Notes: generated by a model from the letters alone, not told the origin. Shown: positions 12,791-26,328, numbered from the whole stretch's first letter. The stretch: 63,830 bases of DNA, filler included, from Lenisia limosa (GCA_001655205.1; 8 parts of 8 records of this genome joined end to end with filler, not necessarily neighbours in it), one strand, 5' to 3'. A program made the numbers and translations.

Positions 12791-13384
12791 GGAATTGAGT
12801 ATAAATGCTGAGAATTGATGAGCGTTACGGGAATGGAACAATGATTTCTCTTCTTCAAAGACGGTGTTGTTCTCCCGCAAATTTATTTCACAAATAATAC
12901 CAGTAAAAAAAATGGCAATAGTCTGAATCCCGTATCAGCCAATGGACTAGAGGCAGATTGTGTATTTTGTTGTTAAAAAAATGGGAGAAAAACAAACAAT
13001 AAGGGGGCACTATGACCCAAACATAACACAACTAGTGGTGACTATTCCTCCTCTATAAAATGCTGAATGTTAAATTGGTAGTCTAGTTCTTTTTCTCTTC
13101 ACAGCCTTGATTTTGAAGAGTCTGCCAGGAGAGCAATAAGAAATGTCCAGCGGAAGCCCCCCCCCCCCNNNNNNNNNNNNNNNNNNNNNNNNNNNNNNNN
13201 NNNNNNNNNNNNNNNNNNNNNNNNNNNNNNNNNNNNNNNNNNNNNNNNNNNNNNNNNNNNNNNNNNNNNNNNNNNNNNNNNNNNNNNNNNNNNNNNNNNN
13301 NNNNNNNNNGTGTCGCCACAATCAAGCCCGCCTATCAAGGGTTGGTTAGGAGCTATCAGAAAAATACATCAAGGGTTGTTAGTA

Positions 13385-13478
13385 GGGCTTCACATCAGTT
13401 TGAAAAATACTGGTAAAATATCGATAGTTTTCGAGGATTTATCGAACAATTAAGTCTTTTTTCTCCGAAGTGAAGGCC
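13385..13478. mobile_element. MITE family A copy
   Basis: TA|GGGCTTCACATCAGTTTGAAAAA...CTCCGAAGTGAAGGCC|TA, with the shared core. Confidence 0.8.
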
Positions 13479-16320
13479 TAGTTACACGGTTATTCGGTAC
13501 CATTTAGCAATATGTAAATTGAGGAGAAATATAAATTCTATGAAACTTGATAAATCCTTGCTAAATATCAATAGAATGTATGAATACCTTTCTGAAACCG
13601 AAAGTGAAGCTCAAATAGAACCCCCCCCCCCCNNNNNNNNNNNNNNNNNNNNNNNNNNNNNNNNNNNNNNNNNNNNNNNNNNNNNNNNNNNNNNNNNNNN
13701 NNNNNNNNNNNNNNNNNNNNNNNNNNNNNNNNNNNNNNNNNNNNNNNNNNATCGTCTGCCTATGAAAGTTAGAAGTTTTTATTTTCATCAAATATATTCA
13801 TTCTTATATTACACCAGCCAATTTGCCTGGGGATATCAAAGGTATATAAGTTGTGCTTCACTTCGGTTCGGTAAAATATCGATAGTTTTCGAGGATATAT
13901 CGAGAAATGAAGTCTTTTTTCGAACCGAAGTGAATCCCTATTTTTTTCAGGGAAATGAATTGGATGTAAATCAGAAAAAGTTCAATCCGGAATTGAAGTT
14001 TAAACGAATGCACCGTCCAACGTTTTTCGAGGCAGTTGACACGGCATTTGCAAGGGACGCGGAGGGAGAGTCCTGTCCTGCAATCATTGTTGGGAGTGCA
14101 GCAAGTACCTGGTGAGGAGGGTAAGAAAAATGAAATGTCACAAAACCCCAAAAAAACAGAAATGGTTTGGGGGGGGGGGGGAGAACTAATTTGTCTGATC
14201 TAACACCTCTAAAATAATCAGTAACAACAATTGATACTTTATTGGAATTATGAATTTATGAGAAAAAAAAACCTGAAATCAACTTCCCAAAAACACAATG
14301 TATCTGTCAGTGAGATCAACAATTGCGAAAAAAAGACAAGCGGGCTAACGAAAGGAAATTTCAATACTAACGATAGAGTTTAAGAAGTGAAGAAACATGA
14401 AACTTCAAAGACTAAAGAAAAACAGATAAACACACAAGGCCGATACTGGCATTTCAATTTCCAAACTTCTGGTAATCTGAATGTAACATCCTCTTTGATT
14501 GATAAAACTGCCGAGGCCGAGGAGGCTGAGAAGTAGTTTCCTGTTGATACATTATCTCATGGGGTCGTGGGTCAATTTTGGTTTTCGCATTAGACGATTT
14601 ACTTCCATTATTTCTTCCCATATAGGCCATAAAGTGTACCGAAAATTCGACCAGCGACTGCACCGTAACCGGTCCTCAGACAGCCGAGGGTCTTCCACGA
14701 CTGCTTGCGCTGACAACTGAGAGTTTGCTGCGAAAATTGGATCTGATCTCCAGGAAGCTCAGCTACGTAGGAGGAAGTCCTATATATTCGGTTCTTCCTC
14801 TTCTTGATGTTTGGTTTTTGTTGTTTTTGCTTTCTTTTTTCCTTTTTACCAGCTTGACATTGCTCCTCCCGTATGGCTCAACGAAGAAGGACATCCTTTC
14901 CTGCTTTAAGGTGAGCTGAAGTCAGAGGGAGGTTATGTATCACAACATTGGTGCGAAAATGTACGTACCTTCCTTAAAATTGACACCCTTTCAATTTCAC
15001 AGCTCTGGGGTTCTTATCAGCTCTTTGTTCAGTCGTCTCTGATAGACCACTGTGTTCGATGTGATACTGATCAACTAGTTGTTTCACAATATTATACTAT
15101 GACCTGGACCATGCCCATTTTAAAACCAACACCGTTCATTTAACTTTAGAAGAGAACCCATCTTTCCCACAGTAAATTCTGTTCAACTTGAACCCGTGGT
15201 GGAGATGGTAGTCTCCGGAAACTGTGTAAATCTCTTCAATGACTTCGTAACATCAAAAGGACTTACCTGTCAGCTGAAAACTACGTGAGATATAATTTTG
15301 GAATTTCTGTAATCTGAAACTGTACCACATATTCAAGCCGAACCGCATGGATTGTAACGGCAAAGGTTATTGATGACCTCTTCAAAGTTTGTCTATATTA
15401 ATTGGGCGTTCTTTACCTTCGGCCACCCTTGTATTCTTTCAGACAATCCGGACCGAATCTGAACCTATCGCCCCTGCGACAAAAAATGTTACAAGGCACA
15501 ATGTTGCCCTCGAGAGAGCCCCTGCTATGAAAGTTTTTCCACCGCCTAGAGGACCTTGACAGCGAGGGGGACTCGGATTCGGGTATGTTGGTTGAAGAGT
15601 TCTAGATTTTTTTTTTCTTTCTTTAACATTACGGTTGAAAAATATTCTAGACGACTGTATTTCAGCAATTTGAGTACTGGGTTAAGTTTCTCAAAACTCA
15701 TGATATAGATAAAGGAGCTAGGAAGTTTTATAACTGCCGTTTGAGATTTTGGAAATAAACAACAAAATAAACAACAAAATAAAAGAGATAGGGATTATCT
15801 ATTTGATAGAATAACCTCATCTGGCCATAATGGCAAATTGGTCTTTTCCAAGACTGCCCCCCCCCCCCCANNNNNNNNNNNNNNNNNNNNNNNNNNNNNN
15901 NNNNNNNNNNNNNNNNNNNNNNNNNNNNNNNNGAGCTGCATCAGCTGCATTACCAACATCTGCCACTGTGGAGTCTGGAGTGGAGGGTAAAGGAGATTCT
16001 TGTTTCATATCATATACTACTAGGGGAGGGGGGTCTTCCCTCAAGAGACAGAGTGATTGAATTATGCATAACTATAATCATTTAAGTAACGACAATATTT
16101 GAAGTGTCTCTCTCAAATTAAATTTACAATACAATGTGTCACTCAATTATTGTTTCAATTAATTACACGAGCCCTACTATATACCCACCAATCTGGTCGT
16201 GGTTTCTCGAAAGGTACACAGCGCTCTCCAAGCTGCTTTCAGCTAGCTGGAATCGGACCTTCTCAAGACCTTGGCTGAACCATAGCAGTCCGCAGTAAGA
16301 CACAAGGGCAAGGAGGAAAT

Positions 16321-16398
16321 GGAGCTAAGATTGGGTGAAAAGGAGCTAAGATTGGGTGAAATTGAGCTAAGATTGGGTGAAATTGACCTAAGATGGGG
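16321..16398. repeat. Tandem repeat, 21-nt unit GAGCTAAGATTGGGTGAAAWT, ~3.7 copies
   Basis: Direct reading of the sequence. Confidence 0.85.
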
Positions 16399-16546
16399 TC
16401 TCTTTTCCAACACACAAAGTCACTATCATACATACCCAAATGCTTATCGCGAAGGTGAGCATGAGTCTTTGGGGTCGTAAGTACTTCTTGTACGCCTAAG
16501 GTATCAGCGACATAATAATAAACAATGAAGAAACATATCGATAGTA

Positions 16547-16642
16547 GGGGTTCACTTCGGTTTGAAAAAGACCTTTTAAATATCGATATTTATCAAGGAT
16601 TTATCGAGATATTTGGTCTTTTTGGGACCGTAGGGAACCCCT
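16547..16642. mobile_element. MITE family A/B hybrid copy
   Basis: Left end GGGGTTCACTTCGGTTTGAAAAAG is type A. Right end TTTTTGGGACCGTAGGGAACCCC is type B. TA flanks. Confidence 0.7.
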
Positions 16643-17286
16643 AATAGTAATCTACAATTCTATAGGTAGCCATATGAACAGGGAAATGTTTGTGTACACC
16701 CCCCCCCCCNNNNNNNNNNNNNNNNNNNNNNNNNNNNNNNNNNNNNNNNNNNNNNNNNNNNNNNNNNNNNNNNNNNNNNNNNNNNNNNNNNNNNNNNNNN
16801 NNNNNNNNNNNNNNNNNNNNNNNNCCCCACGCGTGGAGGCTGCGGGTGGGGAACAAGGAAAGTTTTTATCGACATTTTCATTGACAACGCTGTGGCCCTG
16901 AAGAACTGCAGAGGTGAGGGTGAGGGTATAGTCGTATATGATCCTGTATGAAGAAGTTATGAAGAATACGAGTGTCTGCAAAAAACATAATGATAGACCT
17001 TCGTTAATAAACTAAGACTCGATTCCCGATAAATAACTGAGTGTACAGGAAATAATGAATTAATGAAAAATGTCAATATTAAATCAGCTATTTGCGTTCA
17101 AAAGTAGCTCTAACCCACCTTGTAGAATGCGTTCCTTTGGTGCAGTGGGTGCTAAAAAGGGATTAAATGACACATATTACAGCATACAATCAGACGAGAA
17201 AAATGGTTCAAGTTGATTTTGAAATGAAGTGGTAGAAAAAACGGGGAATATCGGACACTTCACTACAACTACTAAAAGTATAAATT

Positions 17287-17379
17287 GGGCTTCCTATGGT
17301 CCGAAAACGACCGTCATTATATCGATAATTATCGAGAGTTTATCGGGAAATTCAGTCTTTTTGGGATCGTAGGGAAGCC
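17287..17379. mobile_element. MITE family B (TIR GGGCTTCCCTAYGGTCCGAAAAAGAC)
   Basis: GGGCTTCCTATGGTCCGAAAACGAC...GTCTTTTTGGGATCGTAGGGAAGCC, with the same core as family A. Confidence 0.75.
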
Positions 17380-17525
17380 TTAAGTATAACCTCAAACATC
17401 TTGGTTGTTCTGTATTCTCGACTCAATACGTTCGTCCTGCTCAATGGTGGTTTTGCCAAGATGGAGGAATGAAAGGAGTCCGCTGGATTGTGACTGAGGA
17501 ACAGCGTTTGAAATAGTCAAGGTTA

Positions 17526-17668
17526 CACTACGGCGCATGGACTTGGAATTCCCATGGATTATTTGGGAATCCCATAAATTTTCTCGGATTTCCAAAAATT
17601 ACACGGGGTTCCCATGTAATAATGGGAATCCCAACCTTTCCATAAGAATCCCATGTCAATGCGCCGTA
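17526..17668. mobile_element. MITE family C copy
   Basis: TA|CACTACGGCGCATGGACTTGGAATTCCC...GAATCCCATGTCAATGCGCCGTA. Confidence 0.75.
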
Positions 17669-18297
17669 CCCTTCCCACAAAAGGCTCTAATATATAAAAA
17701 AAAATTCTCCTACAGTTTTGCCTTTGTAACAACACCAGGGCCAGGTGGAGTGAAAGGTGTCGCCAGTTTCCCTGTTGTTACAAGGGAAATCAGCTCGATT
17801 GGATTGCGCCTGTCGACTCGAGCGGAATATAAGGCCTCCTGGGGTGATGAGCGTTAGAATGCATACTACATAATATATAATTGTTTTTTAACGACAAATA
17901 AAATTTGCAAGTAACAAAATACTGAAATTTCCCAAAAACCTTGTAGTTTGCTCTAGTGATGGCTGCCGAGGCAACCAGCGGGGACTGTTCGGGTGAATTC
18001 ATTGAGCAGTCTTAATGATGCAGCAGATTCGTTATTGAGGCAATAATGTTGACTGCATCCCAATTATTTGTACGTGTTTGTATCTATGGCTCCACTTCGG
18101 TTCGAAAAAGTCCGGAAATTATCGAGACATTCAGTCTTTTTCCGAAGCAAAGTGAAACCCTATTTGTATCAATATAATATATCCTATGTTATTCATGTAT
18201 TGTATTGCTCTTAAAAGATGCCCCCCTACCTCCAATTGCATTAATTTGCCCACAGCTGGCTGTTTCTCTCTCTGGTAGTTTTTGCTTGCCTAAAAGA

Positions 18298-18397
18298 NNN
18301 NNNNNNNNNNNNNNNNNNNNNNNNNNNNNNNNNNNNNNNNNTTAATTAATTAANNNNNNNNNNNNNNNNNNNNNNNNNNNNNNNNNNNNNNNNNNNN
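18298..18397. other. Artificial scaffold spacer
   Basis: 44 N + TTAATTAATTAA + 44 N. Confidence 0.97.
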
Positions 18398-19055
18398 AAA
18401 AAAAAAAAAAAAAAAGTGGTAAATATCCTCTGCGTGCCTCCGTTAAAGGAAGTAATGTATTAGTTGTATTCTTTGGACCCAAATGAGGCTGCAGGAAGGT
18501 CGATAAAAGATAGATAATACGACATATCAAATAGTAGTAGGTATCATACATTCATCTCCCATACAATCTTCAACTCCCCAATCCTCCTTTATTCCTTGAC
18601 CCTTACCCCTATAGGTAAGACGCTTCGTCGTCGCAGGGGAGATTAGCTCTGTATAGTGTAGTCTAGGTATTCTGTTAGGTCTTTTGCTCCAATGTTCATT
18701 ATTTAACACTTTTATCGTTTTCTGGGGTTCTATCATGTCAGAGGCATAAAGTCAAGAGATGTTATTAATAAATGATACAAAAAAACAAAAAAAAAAAAAT
18801 TCTCCAGCAATAATCCGCTATCCTTTTCTTTTTTGCCGTTTTTTTAAAAAAACTGAAAAGAGATTTGGATTCCAGTGAGAGTCACTGTTACACCAGTTTC
18901 GAGTGAAACTTCCCAGGCTCTGTTAGGTTCACTAGAGCGACTATTGGAACCACCAAATGGGTTATCTATGCAACTGTATTGAATTACCTCTCGTAATATA
19001 CACTATAGAAATAGCAATGAAACAAACGAAATATGATATGCAGGTAGCGTTGTGA

Positions 19056-19650
19056 CTAGTTTTGGAAGGGCTCTATCCTCTCCTGGACTGGCTTTCTGCA
19101 GAAGGGGCAAATTTCAAGGGTCAACCTGGGGTGGGGGGGATAATGGAGTGGCATGGAGTAAATTTGGAAATTTTTTTAAAAACAAAAACAAAAGCCCAGA
19201 ACAACTCTGTTGGATGAAAACACATGAGAGTTGACAATAACAAAACAAACAAAGCCCAGGCCAGTCTCTCTGCAGCAAACATAAAATTCAAAGTAGGCGA
19301 CTGCTATAAACGGATAATTTTGTGGTCTTGTCCGTGATATATAGTACTACACTCTGAGTAGTAATACACCCATATAGTATTACACAACTTCGTGTTATTG
19401 TGATCTCACTCAATCATAATCATACTTACATATTTCTTAGATCGTTGTACTTTAGTTATACCCACAAATAGCAAATATTAACATGTAAACAGCAAAAAAT
19501 CGCCACATACCCGCAGGCGCTACAGAGATTATAGTGTTTGCAGGGGAGCAGGATGAGAGAAACGGGTCGATCGCAGCAGATGGCACAAAGCCGGCTTGGG
19601 TTACTGCTCTTCTTGAGGATGGAAAGCTCAGAAGTAACACGGTTCGACTA
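19056..19650 (-). CDS. C-terminal RING-HC (C3HC4) finger, last two exons of a probable E3 ubiquitin ligase
   Basis: Exons ~19650-19511 and 19125-19056 splice to LCAICCDRPVSLILLPCKHYNLCSACG|LTLEICPFCRKPVQERIEPFQN*, which has all eight Zn ligands in IAP/MDM2/LUL-type spacing. Upstream exons probably lie at 20.1-22.8 kb. Confidence 0.8.
19126..19272 (-). repeat. Intron-resident repeat (module B) at the 3' end of the RING gene intron
   Basis: Sense strand GACTGGCCTGGGCTTTGTTTG...CAACAGAGTTG..GGGCTTTT...ATTTCCAAATTTAC..CCCCCCACCCCAG|exon. Confidence 0.75.
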
Positions 19651-19683
19651 GGTCGTGAGAATGCTGTAAACAAAACACAAAAC

Positions 19684-19714
<31 letters not shown>

Positions 19715-21991
19715 AAATAGACAGGAAGTTTGGTATTAGAAATATAACGGGAACTAAAGAGTTGTTTCATTGTTGCAGTGGGAAATAGTAGTGGTAAGAA
19801 AAGGGCATGTATAAAATGGAACTTACTCAAACAATTGAATATTTAAATAATATACATGGCGGGAGGATAGGAACAAAGGAGTATGATTGGGTCGTCATGT
19901 ATAGATGCCTCGTGGATTTGTGTTGAGTGTGTGGCGTGTTTCCAAGGAGAATACCCATATGTTGAAGGTTCAGACAGAAAGTAGTCGTACACGAGGGAAG
20001 GGTGGTTTGCGTTGATTGATACAATTTTTTATGCACATATGACATATATATATAATACAATGGCTTGATACTTCCTTGAATATTTCTCTTTTCTACATAC
20101 TATTTAATGCAATCAGAATCTACTTGTCAAACAGGGAAATGTATTCCTGCAGTGTAGGAATAGCAAGAGGCACATGCTGTTGTTGTCCCCGGTACACCAG
20201 TGCCGGGTTATCAAAACCTCGCCTTAGAGTGAAATACACTTCACTTGGCTACCAAGAATGTTCACATGGAAACTTGCAATTGCTTGAAAGAACTTATTGC
20301 TGTAATTGAAGGAAAATCGGGTTATTGGGGGAATGGGGTTATAATTGGTGGCCGTTGAGGACTCAACTTCAGGCAAGTTAGAGGTCTTTAGAATTACACG
20401 TTACGGGCGCATCGTGTACCGTTTAAGGATGTTTTAACTGCGATCTTTTTAACTTGCCATAGGTTTGCCATCAGGTGGTGTGCTCCTGCCAGAGTTCATG
20501 GCCACCGTGTTCAAGGGCAGAGTGTGGGGTACCGATGGAGTCGTTTACATAACGGCCCTTTGTGACGACGCGATTCTTGCAATATCATGTTTTGGCTTAC
20601 TCATCTGCCACGGTGTACCCAAAGGACTACATGACTCTTGGGAAGCTTCTCGGTTCCTAGTTTACGACAATTTGCATCCTCCAAATCTGCTGGCTACTAG
20701 ATCAGAGCGAAGTCTCACATAGCAACTTGCCTTTTGCTTCTGCGTAATAGCTTTATATCGCCATTTTGCCCTCAAAAGTCACAAATATGTTTCCAAATAA
20801 AAAATCGAGCCTTCTTTCGAACCTCTAACTTCTTTTCCCGCAGCACACTATTTCGGTAAGATATTCTTAGCTGCTAATGCAGAAAAAAACCATCTCTGAG
20901 CAAGGTATTTTTTTTTGTAATGTATTGTATGATTGGTAAATTTGAGCATTGACCAATAATGCGATAAGCTCTATTATTTTGTGTCAAACTGTTTTAATTT
21001 TACCTTAAATTTCAACTGGTTTCACCTTGAACTTCTTTTTTTTAATTTCTTCTTTAGCCCGAGGAACCGTCGGCAAGTCAACGACCTTCTGTGGACAGCT
21101 GACTACTGAGAAGGCGGTTCCCGCAATGAAGGTTCGCAAGTCCATTTCAGTAGGGAACAGGAGCGGTATGGTGGACTCTCAATACAATTGGTGTTGAATG
21201 TCATCATATTTTCCATGAAGCGTGCTTATTTCTCTTATGGGGGAGAACAACGAGGTCTAACAGCTTGGCATGCGCAAGGCCAACGACGCCGCTTCCACCG
21301 AGCGCAACTTGGAACCAACAGTTCTCGCCACATTTCTGGAGCAGTTCCCTCACTGTAAGTTCCGCTTCATATCATAATATTTCTGTAGCACACGGTCGAT
21401 TTTCAGCAGTCCAGGAGTAGGCTAAACGAGATTTTCTTTTTGGTTTACCATTGAGACATAACGTGCGGCGATAATATATGATATTAAGAATCAAGTATAC
21501 TCTGTTTTGTTGTAGGAAAGTTTCAAAAATAGTAGATAGATACATGATGACCCAGAGTAATAAGGAACTGGAATAAAGGAAAAAAACAAAAAAGTACCAC
21601 TCCTATCTCACCCATTGCTGTTTATTAACCCTTTTCATGAGCCCCCCCAGGCTTCTATTGTTAGTTGGCTATGGTTATTAATACCTCACCCCCCCCAACA
21701 AGAAATGTTGGAAGAAGTTTTCACCCCAACCAAAGCTACAAGCTTTACCCCCATCATAATATGTCCAACTAGAGTTCGGTACAATTAATTGAAAAAATAA
21801 TTGCACAATTTGAAGAGCGACATATTGAAATGTAAACTCAATTATTTTCTATGTACGCGGTACTAGCCCTAACCAAAGTAATAGCATTTACCCCCACCTT
21901 AAACGTTCGGACGAAGTTGAGCGCTGCGTCCATTTTGTTGGTGAGGAAGTCGATATCCTCAAGAGACATTGACCTGATTCGGTAACACTAG

Positions 21992-22086
21992 GGCTTCCCT
22001 ATGGTCCGAAAAAGACCGTTAAAAGATCGACGTTTATCGAGGATTTATCGAGAAATTCAGTCTATTTTGGTACCGTTGGGAAGTCG
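21992..22086. mobile_element. MITE family B copy
   Basis: TA|GGGCTTCCCTATGGTCCGAAAAAGACC...TTTATCGAGGATTTATCGAGAAATTCAGTC...GGTACCGTTGGGAAGTC. Confidence 0.75.
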
Positions 22087-22906
22087 AAGGTAACACGCAG
22101 TATGATCAGTCTTTTCAGGCCAAACCAAAACAGGTATTATATCATCTCTTTGTAAAATTTGAGAAACACTCTACGGTATACAGAGGGATACAAAATGAAA
22201 AAGTGAAGCATTTCTGTTCATTTTTTAAATTAAGCAGTTCAAATCTGAGTGGAAGAAGAGTCACTCATATATTAGTGCTATCGATATGAAACCAAGCAAA
22301 CGATAGTTCTGTGTCTGAAAAGTTCTTTCCTGGAAACCGCTCCAACATATCTTTGAACGTCTAAACAATGAGAAATGATACGATATCGACACGCATAGGG
22401 CGGTTTAAAGAATGAATTTCTCGACAAATCCTTGAAAACTATCAATAGTTTCCTGGTTTTTCTCTAACCTAAGTGAAGCACTACATACGCATAACTATTA
22501 ACCAAACAGCCTCATAGTCTAATAATTACCTACCTCATGTTTGTGATTTTTGTTTAATTTTCCATACATTCCCATTTTAACTCTCAATCCTTTTGTTTGA
22601 GAAGGAAATACACTCAACACCCTCAGTCCCCTCTCACGATTGGCCTTTTTCGTTCAACAGCAAGGGCGGCAAAGACACCCGACGAACCCATTGTCTGGGT
22701 GGTTAACAAGTAAAATTGCAAGACGGTATAGTAGCCCAATGTCGACGGCGTTGGCTATGGGAAATGGAAGATGTTACAAGATAACCCTGCCTACTACACT
22801 TGAGCAGGCTGAAGACTCGGTTTCTTGGATGGTCGCTTGAAAAATAAGTAAAAAAAACAGAGACATTCCCGAAAAGGGAGTACTTCCCTCATCTTATCAA
22901 CAAATA

Positions 22907-23006
22907 NNNNNNNNNNNNNNNNNNNNNNNNNNNNNNNNNNNNNNNNNNNNTTAATTAATTAANNNNNNNNNNNNNNNNNNNNNNNNNNNNNNNNNNNNNN
23001 NNNNNN
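22907..23006. other. Artificial scaffold spacer
   Basis: 44 N + TTAATTAATTAA + 44 N. Confidence 0.97.
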
Positions 23007-23647
23007 TGGGGGAGGAGGAGGCGGAGGAGGGGGAGGCGGAGGAGGGCCACCTGCTGTCTGAAACAAGTTAAAAATTTAAGTTTTCAATGTACAGAATCTG
23101 AACAAAGAAAGGAATATATGTTATTTGTTTTAAAAAACTTGTCCGTAGTTTTGATGTGCCCAGTTCATTTTGAATGTTGGCCAGCACTTTGATGGTCCCA
23201 TACATGTATATTATTTCATGTTCAAAAAAAATTACTAGTAGGAACAAAATATGATACACAGTGGCCGGGATAAGTCTTGACCTATTTTCTTGGGATATCA
23301 TTTCGCTACATAAAAAGACCATTTTCGAACCAAAGTGAAGCCTTAGAAATCATCATTGTANNNNNNNNNNNNNNNNNNNNNNNNNNNNNNNNNNNNNNNN
23401 NNNNNNNNNNNNNNNNNNNNNNNNNNNNNNNNNNNNNNNNNNNNNNNNNNNNNNNNNNNNNNNNNNNNNNNNNNNNNNNNNNNNNNNNNNNNNNNNNNNN
23501 NNNNNNNNNNNNNNNNNNNNNNNNNNNNTTCTTAGAGCCCTTCGGCGTACCCGGCCGCGATCTTGAGGATCTGACAGGTGTTGTGGGGATGGAGTTGGAC
23601 TCCTGGAAGTCCAGCGCCACGGATCCTGAGGCGGCTGCTGAGGGTGT

Positions 23648-23925
23648 AAAACGAAGGAAATTTCGATATAGATACTAATCACGAACTGAATGATCTGCAA
23701 CTCCAAACAAACACACATCAAGCAATAAAACGAAGGAAATTTCGATATAGAATACTAGCGTTAAGGTAATAATCACGAACTGAATAATCTGCAACTCCAA
23801 ACAAACACACATCAAGCAATAAAACGAAGGAAATTTCGATATAGAATACTAGCGTTAAGGTAATAATCACGAACTGAATAATCTGAAACTCCAAACAAAC
23901 ACACATCAAGCAATAAAACGAAGGG
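23648..23925. repeat. Tandem array of a 94-nt unit (3 copies plus a partial; first unit 79 nt), intronic
   Basis: CGAAGG starts at 23652, 23731, 23825 and 23919. The unit resembles 61287-61360 and 35110-35170. It abuts a minus-strand acceptor at 23638-23639. Confidence 0.85.
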
Positions 23926-24787
23926 AATTACGATGAAGAAAACTGTAGTAATGGGTCAATTGATTGCACAGAGTCTGTAGAAATTGGAGGCGATTTTTTT
24001 TTAATTGAAACTTTTTTGCATCCAGGAAAAAATACGGTTTATTTTATTATTTATTTTTATTCCTTCCATTTCAAACAGAAATGTCCTACTGACAACAGGT
24101 TTGATTAAGGCTTCACTTCTGGCAAAAAAAAGACTGAATTTATCGATAAATCCTCAAAAATTATCGATATTTCACTGGCATTATTCAAACCGAAGTGAAG
24201 CTAGGTATGATATGAGTAGATCTTCCCACCGGTCCGAAAGACCTTCGAAATATCAATATTTCTCATGGATTTATCAAGGAATTCAATCTTTTTGGGTTCG
24301 CAGGGAACCCCTAGATATGATACATATTATCCCTATCAAGAAGTCTTGGCATGAAGAAAATTAATATACAATTTTTGTAACAACTGACGTTTCCCAAAAA
24401 ATTCCACCCCCCATTATAGGCAAGTCTAGCAACTCAACCCCATTTTTAATTGAGCCTATGTCCCCCCCTCCCTTTTTTTTTAACATTTCCATCCGTGAAA
24501 CTCTATTCCAATATTTCTTCTATACAAGCGCAATAGTGTGACGGCTTCGGCAGATGCTATAATTCAATATCTGCGTGATGGTGTGGACGGCGTCGGCCAG
24601 ATACAACCTTACTTCTCATTGCTAAATATCATGTGTTTTTATTGAGGTATTAAACTCAATGTTCAACCTATGTATATCATGTAAAAAACCCCGTAAAAAT
24701 TAAGACATTTCCATGCAGTTATTATTCGAGGAATTGGCCAATTTTTAACAGTAATTTCTCACTTATTTGACGGAATAAAAGCCAAGT

Positions 24788-25540
24788 TCAGAATATGCCC
24801 CTCATACTAGCTTGGAGTTTTTTGTCCAACTTTTCAAGCTTGCCCAAGAACTTCTCACGTTTGACCTTAAGCTTTTGCTCCTTCTTCATCTCCTTCTCAC
24901 GAATCTTCTCTTTCTCTTTCATTTCCTTCTCACGTACTCGCTCTCTCTCCCTCTCCTCCTTCTGCTTCTCCTTCATCTCCTTCTCCCGAAGCTTCATCAC
25001 TCTCAACCTGTGCTCCTTCAACGCAGAACCCTCCGCGATAACCGGGGGAGGGGCCTTCTTTAAAGGAGTTGTGGGGTCAACATCGTCTTTGATCTCGCCA
25101 GCAGCCTTGATCCCGGCCTCAATCTTGTGTTCATGAAGAGCCTCTTTCTCTTCCCACTTTTCCTTCTTCATCTTCTTCAGGGTAGAGGCGAGTGTGATCT
25201 TGGTCTTCTGAGGAGAGTCGTCTTTGCCTTTCAGCTTTCTGGTGTGACTGAAAACCGTTAGAAGAACCTGTGCAGCAAAACCACAAAAGGTTCATTTCGG
25301 CCCAAACTCACATTCCTTGTTCAAGATTCTTCACTTCGGCCAACTAGAAAGGATTAGAAGCTGTAGACAAAGGGGAATACCAACTCTTTTCTTGTCCATC
25401 TTGTCTTTTTTTGAGGCGTGTGATTTCCAGGAGTCGAGCTGCTGATCCTGGAAGAGAGCAAGGACGGACTTTCTCGTGAACTCGTCAGCGTTCTCCAGAC
25501 CAAGCTCCTTCAGCTTGGCTGCGTCTGATTCTGCTGTCAT
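24788..25540 (-). CDS. Lys/Glu-rich coiled-coil protein, spliced, uncharacterised
   Basis: ATG at 25540 (MTAESDAAKLKELGLENADEF...), short introns around 25270-25390, and a long last exon with EKEMKEK repeats ending at 24788. Confidence 0.6.
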
Positions 25541-25796
25541 CTTTACTGCGTTTAAGTTCAATACAGGGGGAAAAAAGAGGGATTTTCGGATTCATTTCCA
25601 GTTGTTTTAAACACAGTCGTATTTTTCATGGGCACATTTACACACGGCTTTTTTCGTTTGCTTTTTCAGAAAGTCAGATTGTCAGATTCGAAGTCTATTA
25701 TTCCATTATATTGTTACATTGTGCGAATTCTAGAAAGAAGTCCTTTTCATTTTTAGAACAAATTCGCATTCTCTTTCTGAGTAGCTGTTAGGCAAT

Positions 25797-26328
25797 ATGT
25801 CCGCCTTTCCTGAATTATCAGAAGAAGATCTTCAGGCTGTTTACGCCTGGGTTGATGAGATTCCCCTCTCTCGCCCCAAGAAGAACATTGCATCCGATTT
25901 TAGTGATGGAGGTAAGCTTTTAGGCCAAATGTAGATTGTTTTGGGCGGATTTGACGCCCCAGTCCTTTGTGCTGAGATCGTTAAACACTACGTTCCCAAG
26001 ATGGTCGAGCTCCACAACTACTCATCAGCAAATGGCGTCAAGCAGAAGCTTTATAACTGGCAAACCTTGAATCGTAAGGGGAGGATTTTTGCGCGGCCCT
26101 CCTTCTACTCGTTGCTATTCTTCTTCCTTGCCCTACCTGTCTATTTTAGTTAATTTAATCACTTTCATTCAACTTGACGCGGTAAAGGATGCCAACGCCT
26201 TACTTACCCCTTCAACAGAGAAGATCTTCAGAAAGCTGAACTTCCAAGTTCCTGATGAGGAGCTCAATGGCATTGTTAACCGTCGCCCATACTGCATTGA
26301 GAGACTGCTGATTGCTCTTAAGACCAGG
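25797..26328 (+). CDS. SPEF1: SPEF1 (sperm flagellar protein 1)-like calponin-homology protein, first three exons
   Basis: MSAFPELSEEDLQAVYAWVDEIPLSRPKKNIASDFSDG|VLCAEIVKHYVPKMVELHNYSSANGVKQKLYNWQTLNR|KIFRKLNFQVPDEELNGIV..RPYCIERLL is the conserved SPEF1 CH domain. The C-terminus was not resolved. Confidence 0.85.

Noticed and set aside
15532-15555. Walker A-like GPLGGGKT in one minus-strand frame
   Set aside because: Other frames of this exon are equally or more coding-like and no Walker B was found downstream. It may be chance.
23648-23925. Possible CRISPR array
   Set aside because: Whole units are repeated with no unique spacers, there are no cas genes, and the context is a eukaryotic intron.
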